DNA of 63,772 nucleotides, the filler included, from Octopus bimaculoides (lineage: Eukaryota): NCBI RefSeq assembly GCF_001194135.2. It is 5 parts of 5 records of this genome, joined end to end, with 100 filler letters (N's around TTAATTAATTAA, not from the genome) between each part and the next. Parts side by side here need not be neighbours in the genome. Positions count along the whole stretch, not along the records: positions 16,358 to 44,392 come from NC_068999.1; positions 44,493 to 56,082 come from NC_068996.1; 3 more parts are not named here. One strand, given 5' to 3'. The notes below the pieces were generated by a model. It saw nothing but the letters and a program-made list of their open reading frames with translations, was not told the DNA's origin and did no database searches. Positions 41,285 through 52,532 of the stretch are shown piece by piece. Made by a program: the position numbers and the translations under genes. The first letter of the stretch is position 1. Every line of letters starts with the position of its first letter.

Positions 41285-41602
41285 ATTATTTATTTATGCG
41301 CCCTTTTAAAGCTTAGCCAGGCTCATGGGCTCGGTTTCCCAGTTTCTATAGTGTATGTCCCCCCCCCCCCCAGCTGGATGGGATGCCATTCCATCGCAGC
41401 GTTAGTCAAGAAACAGGAAGAAAGAGTGAGAGAAAGTTGGAGCAAAAGAGTACAACAGGGGTTGCCACCACCCCCTGCTGGAGCCTCGTGGAACTTTTAG
41501 GTGTTTTCGCTCAATAAAAACACACAAGCCTGGTCTGGGAATTGAAACCACGATCTTCCGACCGCGAGTCCGCTGCCCTAACCACTGGGCCATTGTGCCT
41601 CC
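41285..41602 (-). mobile_element. Near full-length tRNA-derived SINE (fourth family)
   Basis: Minus strand head GGAGGCACAATGGCCCAGTGGTTAGG..GTTTCAATTCCC, body GCGATGGAATGGCATCCCATCCAG, and an (AAAT)n tail. Confidence 0.7.
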
Positions 41603-42907
41603 AGTTAACCTGTCATATTGACCTATAATGAAAGACATTCTAGCTTTGATCATCCTATTCATTTCTCAATTTAATAATAAAATTCTTTGCAAGGTGAAAT
41701 GTCAGCCACTGTCATGCAGCTGTCTATGACGAACATCGACTGCATCAGTTTCATCAGCTTCAGAAGACAGACAAAGGTTATGAGCACAGACTAAACCATT
41801 TAAAACAGAGAAAAAAAAGTCTGCTATGTTCCCTATTCAGAAGCAGCACTTGCTGTCAGATACGGACTTTTAATTCATGAACCATATGTCCACTGTCTTA
41901 TTTTAATAATTACAAATGGTAGGCTGTGAAGTTGCAGAATCACTAAATGGCAGACGACATAGTATTGCAAAACATTGCCTCTTGATACCAACATGGCTCC
42001 AACAGCCAAGTCAACAGCTGGGAAACTGCAGAGCAACCCAGCTAGCCAACTTGCCCAGTGAAGAAGAAGTAGTTGCACGCAGCTAGATGTCTTGTATAAT
42101 GTAGCTCTTCATCACCTGACTCTACACTTCACAACTCTTGGTCAACTGACTACCACATGTTCACTCCCCAGTTAATATAGTCCTCCTCATAAAGCACACC
42201 AAAAATTAATAAGGAGAATGTGCAGCATGCCTTAAATCAGTCATGCAATCAATGAACATTATTTCTCATTAGAATTAGGGATCTATTATTTGTTTTCTTT
42301 TGTAGAAGTAGAGAATAATATTTCGAGTAGTATTATTTTAAATTATATTTATCAGATTAGTTCTATTTGCTACAGATGATTGCCTACTGAGCTATAATAA
42401 TATTCTGTAGCTTACTGTCACAGCAGCTAGAACTTTACTCTCTTTTTCATAACAATACTTAGTGACATTTCTTCTGACCCTTTACATTCTGAGTTCAAAA
42501 CCCACAGAGGTCAGCTTTGTTCTTCATGCTTTTGGGTCCATTAAAATATGTACCAGTTAAGCACTGAGGTCAAGGTAATTGACTGTCCCCGCCTCAAATT
42601 GCCATCTTCTGCTAAATTTTGAAACCATTAATTAAGAATGAGACATTTTGTACAAAGTAAATTACTTTTGTGCTTTGTTCAGGAATGTAGAACAACGCCT
42701 ATCTACAAATACAGGATTTTCAATAATGGTTTGTAGTTATATTCTACAGAGATACATCATTTGTATCATGCAGCAATATGAACAACAAGTATTTTCAATG
42801 CTGGAAAATGGCACAATATCTATATGCAGAACAGAAAGCATTTTCTGTATTGGTTTGTGGTTATTGTATTCTTCAGGAATATATTCTTTGTATTTTGTAT
42901 CATATAG

Positions 42908-43036
42908 GGATATGAACATTCATGTAAGGATCCGTCACTTTTGTACCGCATTGAAACCATGCCTGGGTTAGGTTGGATGCTAAAACGTAAACTTTACAAA
43001 GAAGAACTAGAAGCACAGTGGCCAACCCCAGAGAAG
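42908..43036 (+). CDS. POMGNT1: POMGNT1 coding exon (last one found in the window)
   Basis: atatag|[43 protein letters not shown]|gtgaga, versus human [43 protein letters not shown]. 129 bp. Confidence 0.96.
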
Positions 43037-43443
43037 GTGAGAATGTCTTTTTTGTTTTTTTAAAACAACTTTTTTTTATGCAATGTCAAGACAAGGGGAG
43101 ACACACATATGTATTGTGTGTGTGTGTGTGTGTCTTCCCATTATTTTGAGGTTGTTTCTGTCATCTGTAAAGACAGTGTCATTATATAGACATTGTCATT
43201 GTTGATGTCAGCTGCAAAGCATACATTTCAAGTTCAAGCTAATGAACTGTTAAAGGGAAATAGTTCCTTACTTGGCTTCAAATGAGGGTTAGTGACTGGA
43301 AAGGGATTCAACCATAGCATAGAAAAATTTCCACTTTAAGTCCTGTCTGACCCATGCTAGTATGGAAGGCAGACGTTAAACAATGATGATGATGATATAT
43401 ATATTATTATGGAATAATTACTGTGAAGCATTGTGTAGAATAT

Positions 43444-43760
43444 ATTGTATAAAAGATCATGGGTAAGGCCAAAACAATGCGAAATAAATGCAAGGTAAAA
43501 AGACAAATATGTTAATTAATGTAGACTTATCTTGTATTCAATATTTCGGGATTATGACCTCATTTTCAAGAAATTGACGAATGTTGCCGATGTGCATGTG
43601 TGTGACACAGACATACATCGGCAACATTCGTCAATTTCTTGAAAATGGGGTCATAACCCGGAAATATTGAATACAAGATAAGTCTACATTAATTAACATA
43701 TTTGTTTCCTTGTGATTTACTTTGCATTGTTTTGGCCTTACCCATGATCTTTTATACAAT
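43444..43760. mobile_element. Foldback/MITE-like palindrome (about 317 bp)
   Basis: Arms 43444-43593 and 43615-43760: perfect outer 37 bp, near-perfect inner about 100 bp, 21-nt centre. Confidence 0.85.
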
Positions 43761-44047
43761 TTATTATTATTATTATTATATAGATATTTATATGTGTATA
43801 TGTTTGTATTTGTATAGATATATAATGTAAAGAAAATGGAAAATGTGAACATAGAAATCAATTTACTTATATGATACTCACTTTCATGTCACCTACACAC
43901 GTTTCAATTTCTCATCTTCATTCATGTTTTGCAATTAAAATTGTATTATGAATTCAAAAGGTAAAAATCTCTTCCGGGCAATATATTGACATATTCATTT
44001 AACATATTGACATATATTCATTTACATCCTAAATATATATATATATT

Positions 44048-44392
44048 GCAATTAAGAGTATGAAGACAGGGAAAGCCCCCGGCCCATCAGGTATCACTGC
44101 AGAGATGCTCAAAATATCTGGTAGTGTTGGCTACAGCCTAGTCACCCGTATTACGAACCAGGTGATACACGAAGGAGTCATACCCAATGACTGGTGTAGC
44201 AGCACCATAGTAAACTGTTACAAAGGTAAAGGTGACGCTTTAGATACTAATAATTACAGAGGCATCAAGCTGTTAGATCAGGTTATGAAAGTTACGGAGA
44301 GGGTCATAGCCCAACTAATTAGGGAGCAAATCAATTTAGATGAGATGCAGTTTGGGTTCGTGCCAGGTAAAAGCACCACTGATGCCATATTT
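44048..44392 (+). mobile_element. RTE-like LINE RT fragment (relatively intact), cut by the linker
   Basis: MKTGKAPGPSGITAEMLK..NYRGIKLLDQVMKV..QFGFVPGKSTTDAIF, uninterrupted up to the N run. Confidence 0.9.
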
Positions 44393-44492
44393 NNNNNNNN
44401 NNNNNNNNNNNNNNNNNNNNNNNNNNNNNNNNNNNNTTAATTAATTAANNNNNNNNNNNNNNNNNNNNNNNNNNNNNNNNNNNNNNNNNNNN
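44393..44492. other. Assembly linker (44 N + TTAATTAATTAA + 44 N)
   Basis: Same structure as 16258-16357. Confidence 0.9.
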
Positions 44493-44550
44493 TATATATA
44501 TGTATATATATATGTATGTATGTATGTATATGTGTGTGTGTGTGCGTGTA

Positions 44551-45248
44551 TATCGGAGTAATTGCGCTAAGCAGTATTTACGTATAATTACAATTTAGGT
44601 TAGTTGAAATATGTTTGTCACATATTTCAACTGCTAAAGGCAAATACACTGCAGTTACTGTGGAGAAAAAATCTCTCTTATGGTAAAAAGGTGTGAAAAC
44701 ACCCCGTTCATTCAGTGTTGTCCTCTCTTGGGAAACTGAGACATTGATGTTTCGAGTTTATTGACTCTTGTCAATGAGAGATACCTAAGAGAGGCAACCC
44801 TGAATGAACTGACAAAGCTAATAGCTTTATATATAATACAACCAACTCATTGACTGATTTGCGCTAGTAGATCTCCCGATCGAGAAAAGTATCGGAGTAA
44901 ATGCACTAAGCAGTGTTTACGTATAATCACTATTGAGTTTAGCTGAAATATGTTTGTCACTGATTTCTACTAGAACAAATCAGTCAATGTGTTGGCTGAA
45001 TTATATATAAATATATTAGCTTAGTCAGTTCGTTCAGAGTTGCCTCTCTTAGGTACATCTCTTCGGCAAGAGTTAATAAACTCAAAACATTGATGTCTGA
45101 GATTCCTTAAAAAAGGCGAAACTGAACAAATAAGACGTTTCCAGACCTTTTTACCATAAGAGAGATTTTTTTCTCCATGGTAACTGCAGTGTATTTACCT
45201 TTAGCAGATGAAATATGTTACAAACATATTTCAACTTACCTAAATTGT
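44551..45248. repeat. Compound foldback element (about 280-bp inverted arms plus a 71-bp direct repeat)
   Basis: Inverted arms 44590-44871 and 44966-45248. Direct copies 44551-44621 and 44890-44960. Confidence 0.8.
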
Positions 45249-45569
45249 GAATATATACTCTTTTACTCTTTTATTTGTTTCTGTCATTTGACTGTGGCCA
45301 TGCTGGAGCACCGTCTTTGGTCGAGCAAATCAACCCTAGGAGTTATTCTTTGTAAGCCTAGTACTTATTCTATCAGTCTCTTTTGCCGAACTGCTAAGTT
45401 ACGGAGATGTAAACACACCAGCATCAGTCATCAAGCAATGTTGGGGGAAGAAACACAGACACACATATATATCTATATACACACATGCATATATATATAT
45501 GCACACACATACACACACACACACGTACACATATATATGTTTATATACATATATATATATATATGTATA

Positions 45570-46655
45570 TCATCATCATCATCATTGTCGTTTAGTGTCT
45601 GCTTTCCATGCTGGCATGGGTTGGACAGTTTAACCGAGGGTTTATGAGCCCAATGACTGCACCAGGCTCCAATTTGATCCGGTAATGTTTCTACAGCTGG
45701 ATGTCCTTCCTAACACCAACAACTCCAAGGGTGTAGTTGGTGCTTTTTACGTGCCACCAGCACGAGAGCCAGTCAGGCAGCACTGGCAATGACCATGCTG
45801 GAATGGTACTTTGTACGTGCCGCTGGCATTGGATCAGTCAGCCGGCATAGGCATCTATCACACTTGAATGGTGCTTTTTACATGCCACCAGCATGGGTGC
45901 CAATCAGGCAGTACTGTCATTGGCCATGACAACGAATTCACTTGCCTCAACAGGTGTTCGCAAGTGCAGTTCATTGTCTAATGATTGAAGGGTACACTTA
46001 AAGGGGCCAGTTATGCTGCACTGGCATAGGCCACGGTTACGGTCTCACTTGGCTTGCTGGGTCTTCTCAAGTACAGCATATCTCCAAAAGTCTCGGTCAC
46101 TTGTCATCGCCTTTGTGAAGCCCAATGTTTCAAGAGCGTGTTTCAACACATCATCCCAGGTCTTTCTAGGTCTGCCTCTTCCACAGGTTCCCTCTACTGC
46201 TAGCATGTGACACTTTTTCATACAACTGTCCTCATCCATATGCAAGACATAACCATACCAGTGCAGTCGTCTCTCTTGCACACCACATCTGATGCTTCTT
46301 ATCTCCAGCTTTTCTCTCAAGGCACTCACACTCTGTCGAGTATGCACACTGACATTACACATCCAGCAGAACATACTAGCTTCATTTCTTGCAAGTTACA
46401 TATGTCCTCAGCAGTCACAGCCCATGTTTCACTGCCATGTAGCATGGCTTTTCGCACACATGCATCATACAGTCTACCTTTTACTCTGAGCGAGAAGCCC
46501 TTTGTCACCAGCAGAAGTAGGAGCTCTCTGAACTTTGCCCAGGCTATTCTTATTCTAGCAGCTACACCCCAGCTATTGTCTTAGTCACCTAGGTAACAGA
46601 AGCTATCAACTATTTCTAGCTTTTCACCCTGGAATGTGACAGAAGCTGTTTTCTG
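45570..46655 (-). mobile_element. RTE-like LINE 3' portion with (GAT)n tail
   Basis: Minus ORFs RVKGRLYDACVRKAMLHGSETW and GRGRPRKTWDDVLK, followed by the family 3' UTR and tail. Confidence 0.88.
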
Positions 46656-46659
46656 CATA

Positions 46660-48810
46660 TTTTCACAATTAGGAAGGAACCAAGCTGCTGGAGTTCTGCG
46701 ATGCAAATGATCTTATGGTTTGTAATATTAACTTCAGAAAACCTGCCAGTCACCTATTCACCATACCAGTCTGGTGGACACACTAGTCAAATTGACTATA
46801 TCTTCACCAGGAAATGGGAAAGATGGCTACTTATAAATGCCAAAACATTCCCAGGTGAAGAATGCACCCCACAACATAGATTAGTAGTTAGTGACTTCAG
46901 GATCAGGGCTAAATGGATACCCAGAAGATGACCATCATGGAAAAGAAAGGTCTGGAAGCTTAAGGATTCTGTGAATGGACAGAGATTTAGAGATGTATTA
47001 CTTGAAGCTTTTGATGAAATAGAAGAGGATATAGCATCACATGATATGACCAGATCTGTGGATAGTGCAAAGTCCCCTCTTGACCCAAGGTAATGTGGTG
47101 GTGGAACAATATAGTTGACAGGACCATTAGGGAAAATAAACAGGCATGGAAGGACTGGAAGAATGGTGATAGCAGGGAATTGTATCAGATTGACAGAAGG
47201 GAAGCTAGGAGACAGGTTTACTTAGACAGAGGGGAAGCAGATAAGAAAAAAATTGCCGATGTTCTGCGTCGTGAGGACCAAAGACTTGAAGTGCTTCATG
47301 TTGCAACACAGTGTGTGAGAGAAATGTGTCCACATGGATGATGGCTCACTTGCATTTAATGAGGCTGCAAAGAGAGAAACCTGGAGAAGCCACTATGAAA
47401 GGTTGCTAAATGAAGAGAATGAATGGGAGAAAGGGGCCAAATGTTGACCCAACAGAGGGACCAGTTATCCGAATTGACAGTACCATGGTATATAAAGCAA
47501 TTAAGAGTATGAAGACAGGGAAAGCCCCCAGCCCATCAGGAATCACCACAGAGATGCTTAAAATATCTGGCAGTGTTGGCTATAGTCTACTCACCCGTAT
47601 AGTCAATCAGGTGATACATGAAGGAATCATACCCCATGACTGTTGTAACAGCACACTATAGTCAACTGTTACAAAGGTAAAGGTGATGCATTAGTTACAA
47701 ATAATTATAGAGGCATCAAGTTGTTGGATCAGGTAATGAAAGTCATGGAGTGGAATTTAGTCAACTAATTAGGGAGAGAGTTAATTTAAATGAAATGCAG
47801 TTTAAGTTTGTGCCAAGGAAAAGCAACACCAATGCTATATTTCTGGTTAGACAAATGCAGGAGAAATATCTAGCCAAAGATAAACTTCTGTACCTGGCTT
47901 TTATTGACATGGAGAAAGCCTTTGACAGGGTCCCCCGATCCCTTATCTGGTGGTCAATGCAGAAACTAGGGATAGATAAGCAGTTAGTGAGAGCTGTACA
48001 AGCCATGTACAGGGATGCTGTGAGTAAGGTGAGGGCTGGTAACGAGTATAGTAAAGAATCCTGGGTAGGGGTAGGGGTCCTTCAAGGATCAGTCCTCAGC
48101 CCCTCTTATTCATCATAGTTCTCCAAGCAATAACAGAGGAGTTCAAAGCAAGATGCTCCCGGGAGCTTCCCTTGCTCTAATAACTGAGTCACTATCAGAA
48201 CTAAAAGCAAGGTCTAGAATTGAAGGGCCTTAGAGTCAAAATAGCAAAAACCAAAGTCTTAATAAGTAGGAAGGCAGACAAATCACAAATCCCTTCTGGT
48301 AGATGGCCCTGCGCGATCTGTAGAAAAGGTGTAGGTAGAAACTCCATAAGATGTACCCAGTGTAAGCTATGGACACATAAGAGGTGCAGCAATATCAAAG
48401 GAAGGCTAACTGGGAAGATAGTTTTTGTATGTAACAAATACTCAGAGACAATAAACACTGAAAATGTGCAGAAAATAGCTTCTGTCACATACCAGAAGTA
48501 GTTGATAGCTTCTGTTACCTAGGTGACTAAGACAGTAGCTGGGGTGGATGCTCTAAGAGTGTGGCTGCTAGAATAAGAATAGCCTGGGTAAAGCTCAGAG
48601 AGCCCCTACTTCTGATAACGAGAAAGGGTCTCTTGCTCACAGTGAAATGTAAACTATATGATGCATGTATGTGAACAGCCATGCTACATGGCAGCAAAAC
48701 ATGGGCTGTGACTGCCGAGGACATGTGTAACTTGCAAGGAATGAAGCTAGTATGCTCCACTGTATGTATAATGTCAGTGTGCAAATATGACAGAGTGTAA
48801 GCACACTGAT
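46660..48810 (+). mobile_element. RTE-like LINE internal portion (endonuclease C-terminus to post-RT), decayed
   Basis: SQIDYIF..PQHRLVVSDF, GKAPSPSGIT, FIDMEKAFDRVPR and VLQGSVLSP motifs, with stops and deletions. Confidence 0.9.
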
Positions 48811-49129
48811 ATTACACATTTTGAAGATATTTCTAAATGACTTTCTAAAATGAAATTCCATTATGCAGCTGAGGAGTACATTTCCATTGTACATTCTGTG
48901 GTGTTCTCACTACATGAATAAATGGAGCTTGTACGAAACGTACATACTGATATAACCTATAGAATTTTTGTTGCTTATCTTCAAATTATATTCACCAAAT
49001 CTCTTGATTTTGTATTTGGTTTTTATCCTACCAAATTCTGGTGCCTCAAACATTTTAAGTACCACATTTAATCTTTTGATTAAATCTATATTATTATATA
49101 TATACATATATATATATATATGGGAGAAT

Positions 49130-49290
49130 ATACGGAAAAACAACAACAGACGAGGACAGGTGGTGTAAATAACAAAAGGATGTATTAGTATGACGCTCGG
49201 GAATATGGAAAGTCTTTGACGTTTCGAGCTACGCTCTTCAACAGAAAGAATACGGAGACAAGGAGAAAAACACGGAGAAAAAAAATTGAA
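49130..49290 (-). mobile_element. Small repeat carrying a minimal hammerhead motif (probable Penelope-like pseudo-LTR fragment)
   Basis: Homologous to 55640-55970 in the opposite orientation. The Penelope-like assignment is inferred from the hammerhead; no RT or GIY-YIG ORF was seen. Confidence 0.55.
49213..49249 (-). ncRNA. Minimal type I hammerhead-like motif, variant core
   Basis: Minus strand: UCUUU CUGUUGA A GAGC GUA GCUC GAAA C GUC AAAGA. Perfect 5-bp stem I, 4-bp stem II, palindromic ACGU stem III, GUC triplet. A6 is replaced by U. Confidence 0.6.
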
Positions 49291-49534
49291 TAGTGTCTAG
49301 TCAACGGTCAATCATAATAATATATATAATATATATAATAATATATATATCCAGCTGTAGAAACTCTGCCAAATTAGATGGGAGCCTGGTGTTGCCATCC
49401 GGTTTTACCAGTCCTCAGTCAAATCGTCCAACCCATGCCAGCATGGAAAGCGGACGTTAAACGATGATGATGATGATATATATATATATATACATACATG
49501 TGTGTGTGTGTGTGAGTGTGTGTGTGTGTATGTA

Positions 49535-50350
49535 TAATTTAGAGAAAGACCACTATTAAATAATTCAATAATGAAGAATGTAATTCATGCCCCCTAGATA
49601 ATAAATATGTCATAAAAACCGTGTTCTAAAAATCAATAAAGTACATAAAAGAATAACTAGTAAATGGTATAAAAATGACTATGCATGTTTCGTGGCTATA
49701 TTTTCAAATAGATAACTAATAAAACCAATTCGATTAATAATCAAATTGATCTACAATTAAATCTATTCAAAAATAAAGTCACTCGTATTACGTTTTAAAT
49801 TTTAGTTTAACAGCAATTCTTTGATAAGATAAGTTATGATTTTATTTTAAGAAACATTGTTAAATGTTTTTCGATTATTTATTTATTTATTGTTAAAACA
49901 AGTATTTCTTTTATATATTTATTTGATATTTATTATAAGTCACAATATGTACATTGATTTTTTAATTATAATTATTATTATTATTTATATTTTATTTTAG
50001 ACCTGATGAGCGACTATATTTTTGAATAGATTTAATTGTAAATTGATTTGATTATTAATTGAATTATTAATCGAATTGGTTTTATTAGTTATCTATTTGA
50101 AAATATAGCCACGAAACATGCCTAGTCATTTTAATACCATTTACTAGTTATTCTTTTATGTACTTTATAGATTTTTAGAATAAGGTTTTTATGATATATT
50201 TTATTTTCTATATTTATTTACATTCTTCATTATTGAATTATTTAATAGTGCTTTTTCTCTGAATTATATACATATATTTTATATTGGGAAATTTGATTTA
50301 GTTTTGCTAAATTGAATTTTTCCCTGTAAGCTTTGGATTTTATTCCCTAA
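49535..50350. repeat. Inverted pair of an AT-rich repeat (49535-49790 vs about 50005-50270); third copy at 55030-55220
   Basis: The reverse complement of 49535-49790 aligns with 50005-50270, and 55030-55220 aligns with the reverse complement of 50170-50350. Ends approximate. Confidence 0.8.
50000..50127 (+). ncRNA. Hammerhead-like motif with an extended stem II and degenerate stem III
   Basis: GAC CUGAUGA at 50000-50009; 22-nt stem II strands 50010-50031 and 50091-50112 (20 paired, including 2 G-U); GAAA at 50113-50116; CUA then GUC at 50122-50127. Confidence 0.45.
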
Positions 50351-50559
50351 TATATATATATATATATATATATACATACACCATGACATCAGTCAATAAT
50401 AACAATAAATTGTAGTAAAGATTGTTTGCCAACAACATGGCAGTCCTGGTTTAGAATGAATGTTGCTGTAATTTAGCCCCAGGACACATCGTCTCCAGCT
50501 GGCTATACGACACGATCTGTGTCCTTATATTTTTGAACAAGGAAATCTAGCACCCCCAC

Positions 50560-52230
50560 TCAGCTCAAAACAATATCTGTGTATCGCAATTTCCAGGTTA
50601 TTTCCCTTCTCACTGGAGCTATTGAAGAAGATTTTGAGCCATACACCTCCTTAACATAAAAGTACAATTTCTTGGCATCATTTCTATCAGCTGCTTCTTG
50701 TGCCCCTTTTGCTCTATCAGTCCACCATTCCTGTTTAATTTTCCTGAGAGCAATCTGCACTTTCCTTTTCAGCTTTCTGTAAGCTTTGTTTGAGTTGGGG
50801 TTCAATGACTGAGAAAAAAGTGTATTGCCTAAATTTTGTTTTTCTAAAAGTAGATCATGAATTTCTGCTGATCTATCAGAGAACCAGTCACTGGACTTAC
50901 GTGATTTAAATCCAACTGATGAACTTGCAGCCTGAAATACTTTCATTTTGAAATCTTGCCACAGATTGTTTGGGTCAAGTATGATACTTTTTATAGCATT
51001 GTGGAATCTTTGCAAGCTGCTTGATTATTTAAAATTTGCAACATTTAACTTTTGGGGTACCTTAGAAACAGACTGTTGATTTTTAGGCATTATCAAAAAA
51101 TTTATTTTTCCACGCACTAGATGATGCCAGTGCTTAGATCTATGAGTGCAACCAGGTGGTTTTATATTTATTTTTCTGCTTAAACAAAGTATTGGTAACA
51201 ACCAGATTATTCTCAGGATAAAATGTCAAAAGAGCTACTCCATTTTTATTACATTTTCCCATTCCATGTTGACCTAAAACAGGCCATGAAACATAGTCTT
51301 TTTCAACTGTTGTATTGAAATCTCCCAATATGACCAGCTTGTCAGAAATCGGTACTTTCCTCAATAACTGTGCTAGATCATCATAAAATTGTCCTACAGT
51401 TTCATCAGAATGGGACATTGTTGGTGCATAAATACCTTTTGTCAGTTCAATATGGCATGACATGGTTCGCTCAGATATGCCAATTGGAAGTTCTGCAATG
51501 GAGGATAGTAATGAATTCTTGAAAGCAAACTCAATGCCATATTCTCTACGCTGACCCTTAGGTAGGCCTCTCCAAAAGATAGTATATCCATAAGTAGGTT
51601 CATTTACTTGACCCTCACCAGAGAGACGAGTTTCAGAGAGCACAACTATATCAAGGGAATATTTCTGAAGCTCATAAGCAATAAGTGCAGTACACCTGTC
51701 TGGCCTCTTGTTGAAATTATCATCAAGAAGTGTGCACACGTTCCAATAGCCAAAATTCAAGGGATGTTTATTTTAACTTTTTCTTGAAGATTGTTTGACC
51801 ACAGTGGCAGGATGACAACCGGGCCCAACCTTTGATACACTGGGCCACCTGCCAAGCCAGACCTGTTTCCCTGACATTCCCAAGCCTTTTTTGCCATTTA
51901 CTGAATTTGTTTGAGACATTTTAGAGTAAGTTACAAGTGCATTTTTAGGTTTCTGCCAACCAACCAATTCAATGATTTTACTAAGATTTGGTGTACAGGA
52001 AGTACCGGTGCAGATGAATAATTTTCAGTGGGTGTAACTTGCACTGCACTATCCCCACCTATTGGCCCAAGAAGATTTTCACTGATGTGCCATGAATATT
52101 GACAAAACAGGAACTTTCAAGGTCTCCAGTTTTATTTTGGAGATTTCCTTCTCCTAGGTAGATTACCAACCAAGGTTAAAGAGCTTCTACCTGCCCATGA
52201 GGTAAGCTATCCCATTCCAGACACCAAACC
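50560..52230 (-). mobile_element. RTE-clade (BovB-like) LINE 5' portion: 5' UTR, APE endonuclease and linker
   Basis: FGYWNVCTL..DIVVLSETRL..YTIFWRG..ILGDFN..VTNTLFKQKNKYKTTW, with an RTE-type 5' UTR segment CTAGGAGAAGGAAATCTC. 3'-truncated. Confidence 0.88.
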
Positions 52231-52451
52231 AACACTCAAACACTCTATAAAGTGATCAAATATCACTCTGGTGACCATTCATACATAAAAAAAAGAATGA
52301 TATGTAATTTAGAAATAAAGGGCATCCAACCATAGAAACCATGCTAAAGCAGACAATAGAGCTTAGCACAATCTTCTGACTTACCTGCTCTATTCAAACT
52401 GTCAAGCCCATACAAGCATGAAAGACAGATGTTTAATTATGTTGATGATAT

Positions 52452-52532
<81 letters not shown>

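Noticed and set aside
41776-41800. GGT TAT GAG CAC (GYEH) resembling an alternative or duplicated POMGNT1 exon
   Set aside because: There is no AG acceptor in the right position and similarity ends after four codons.
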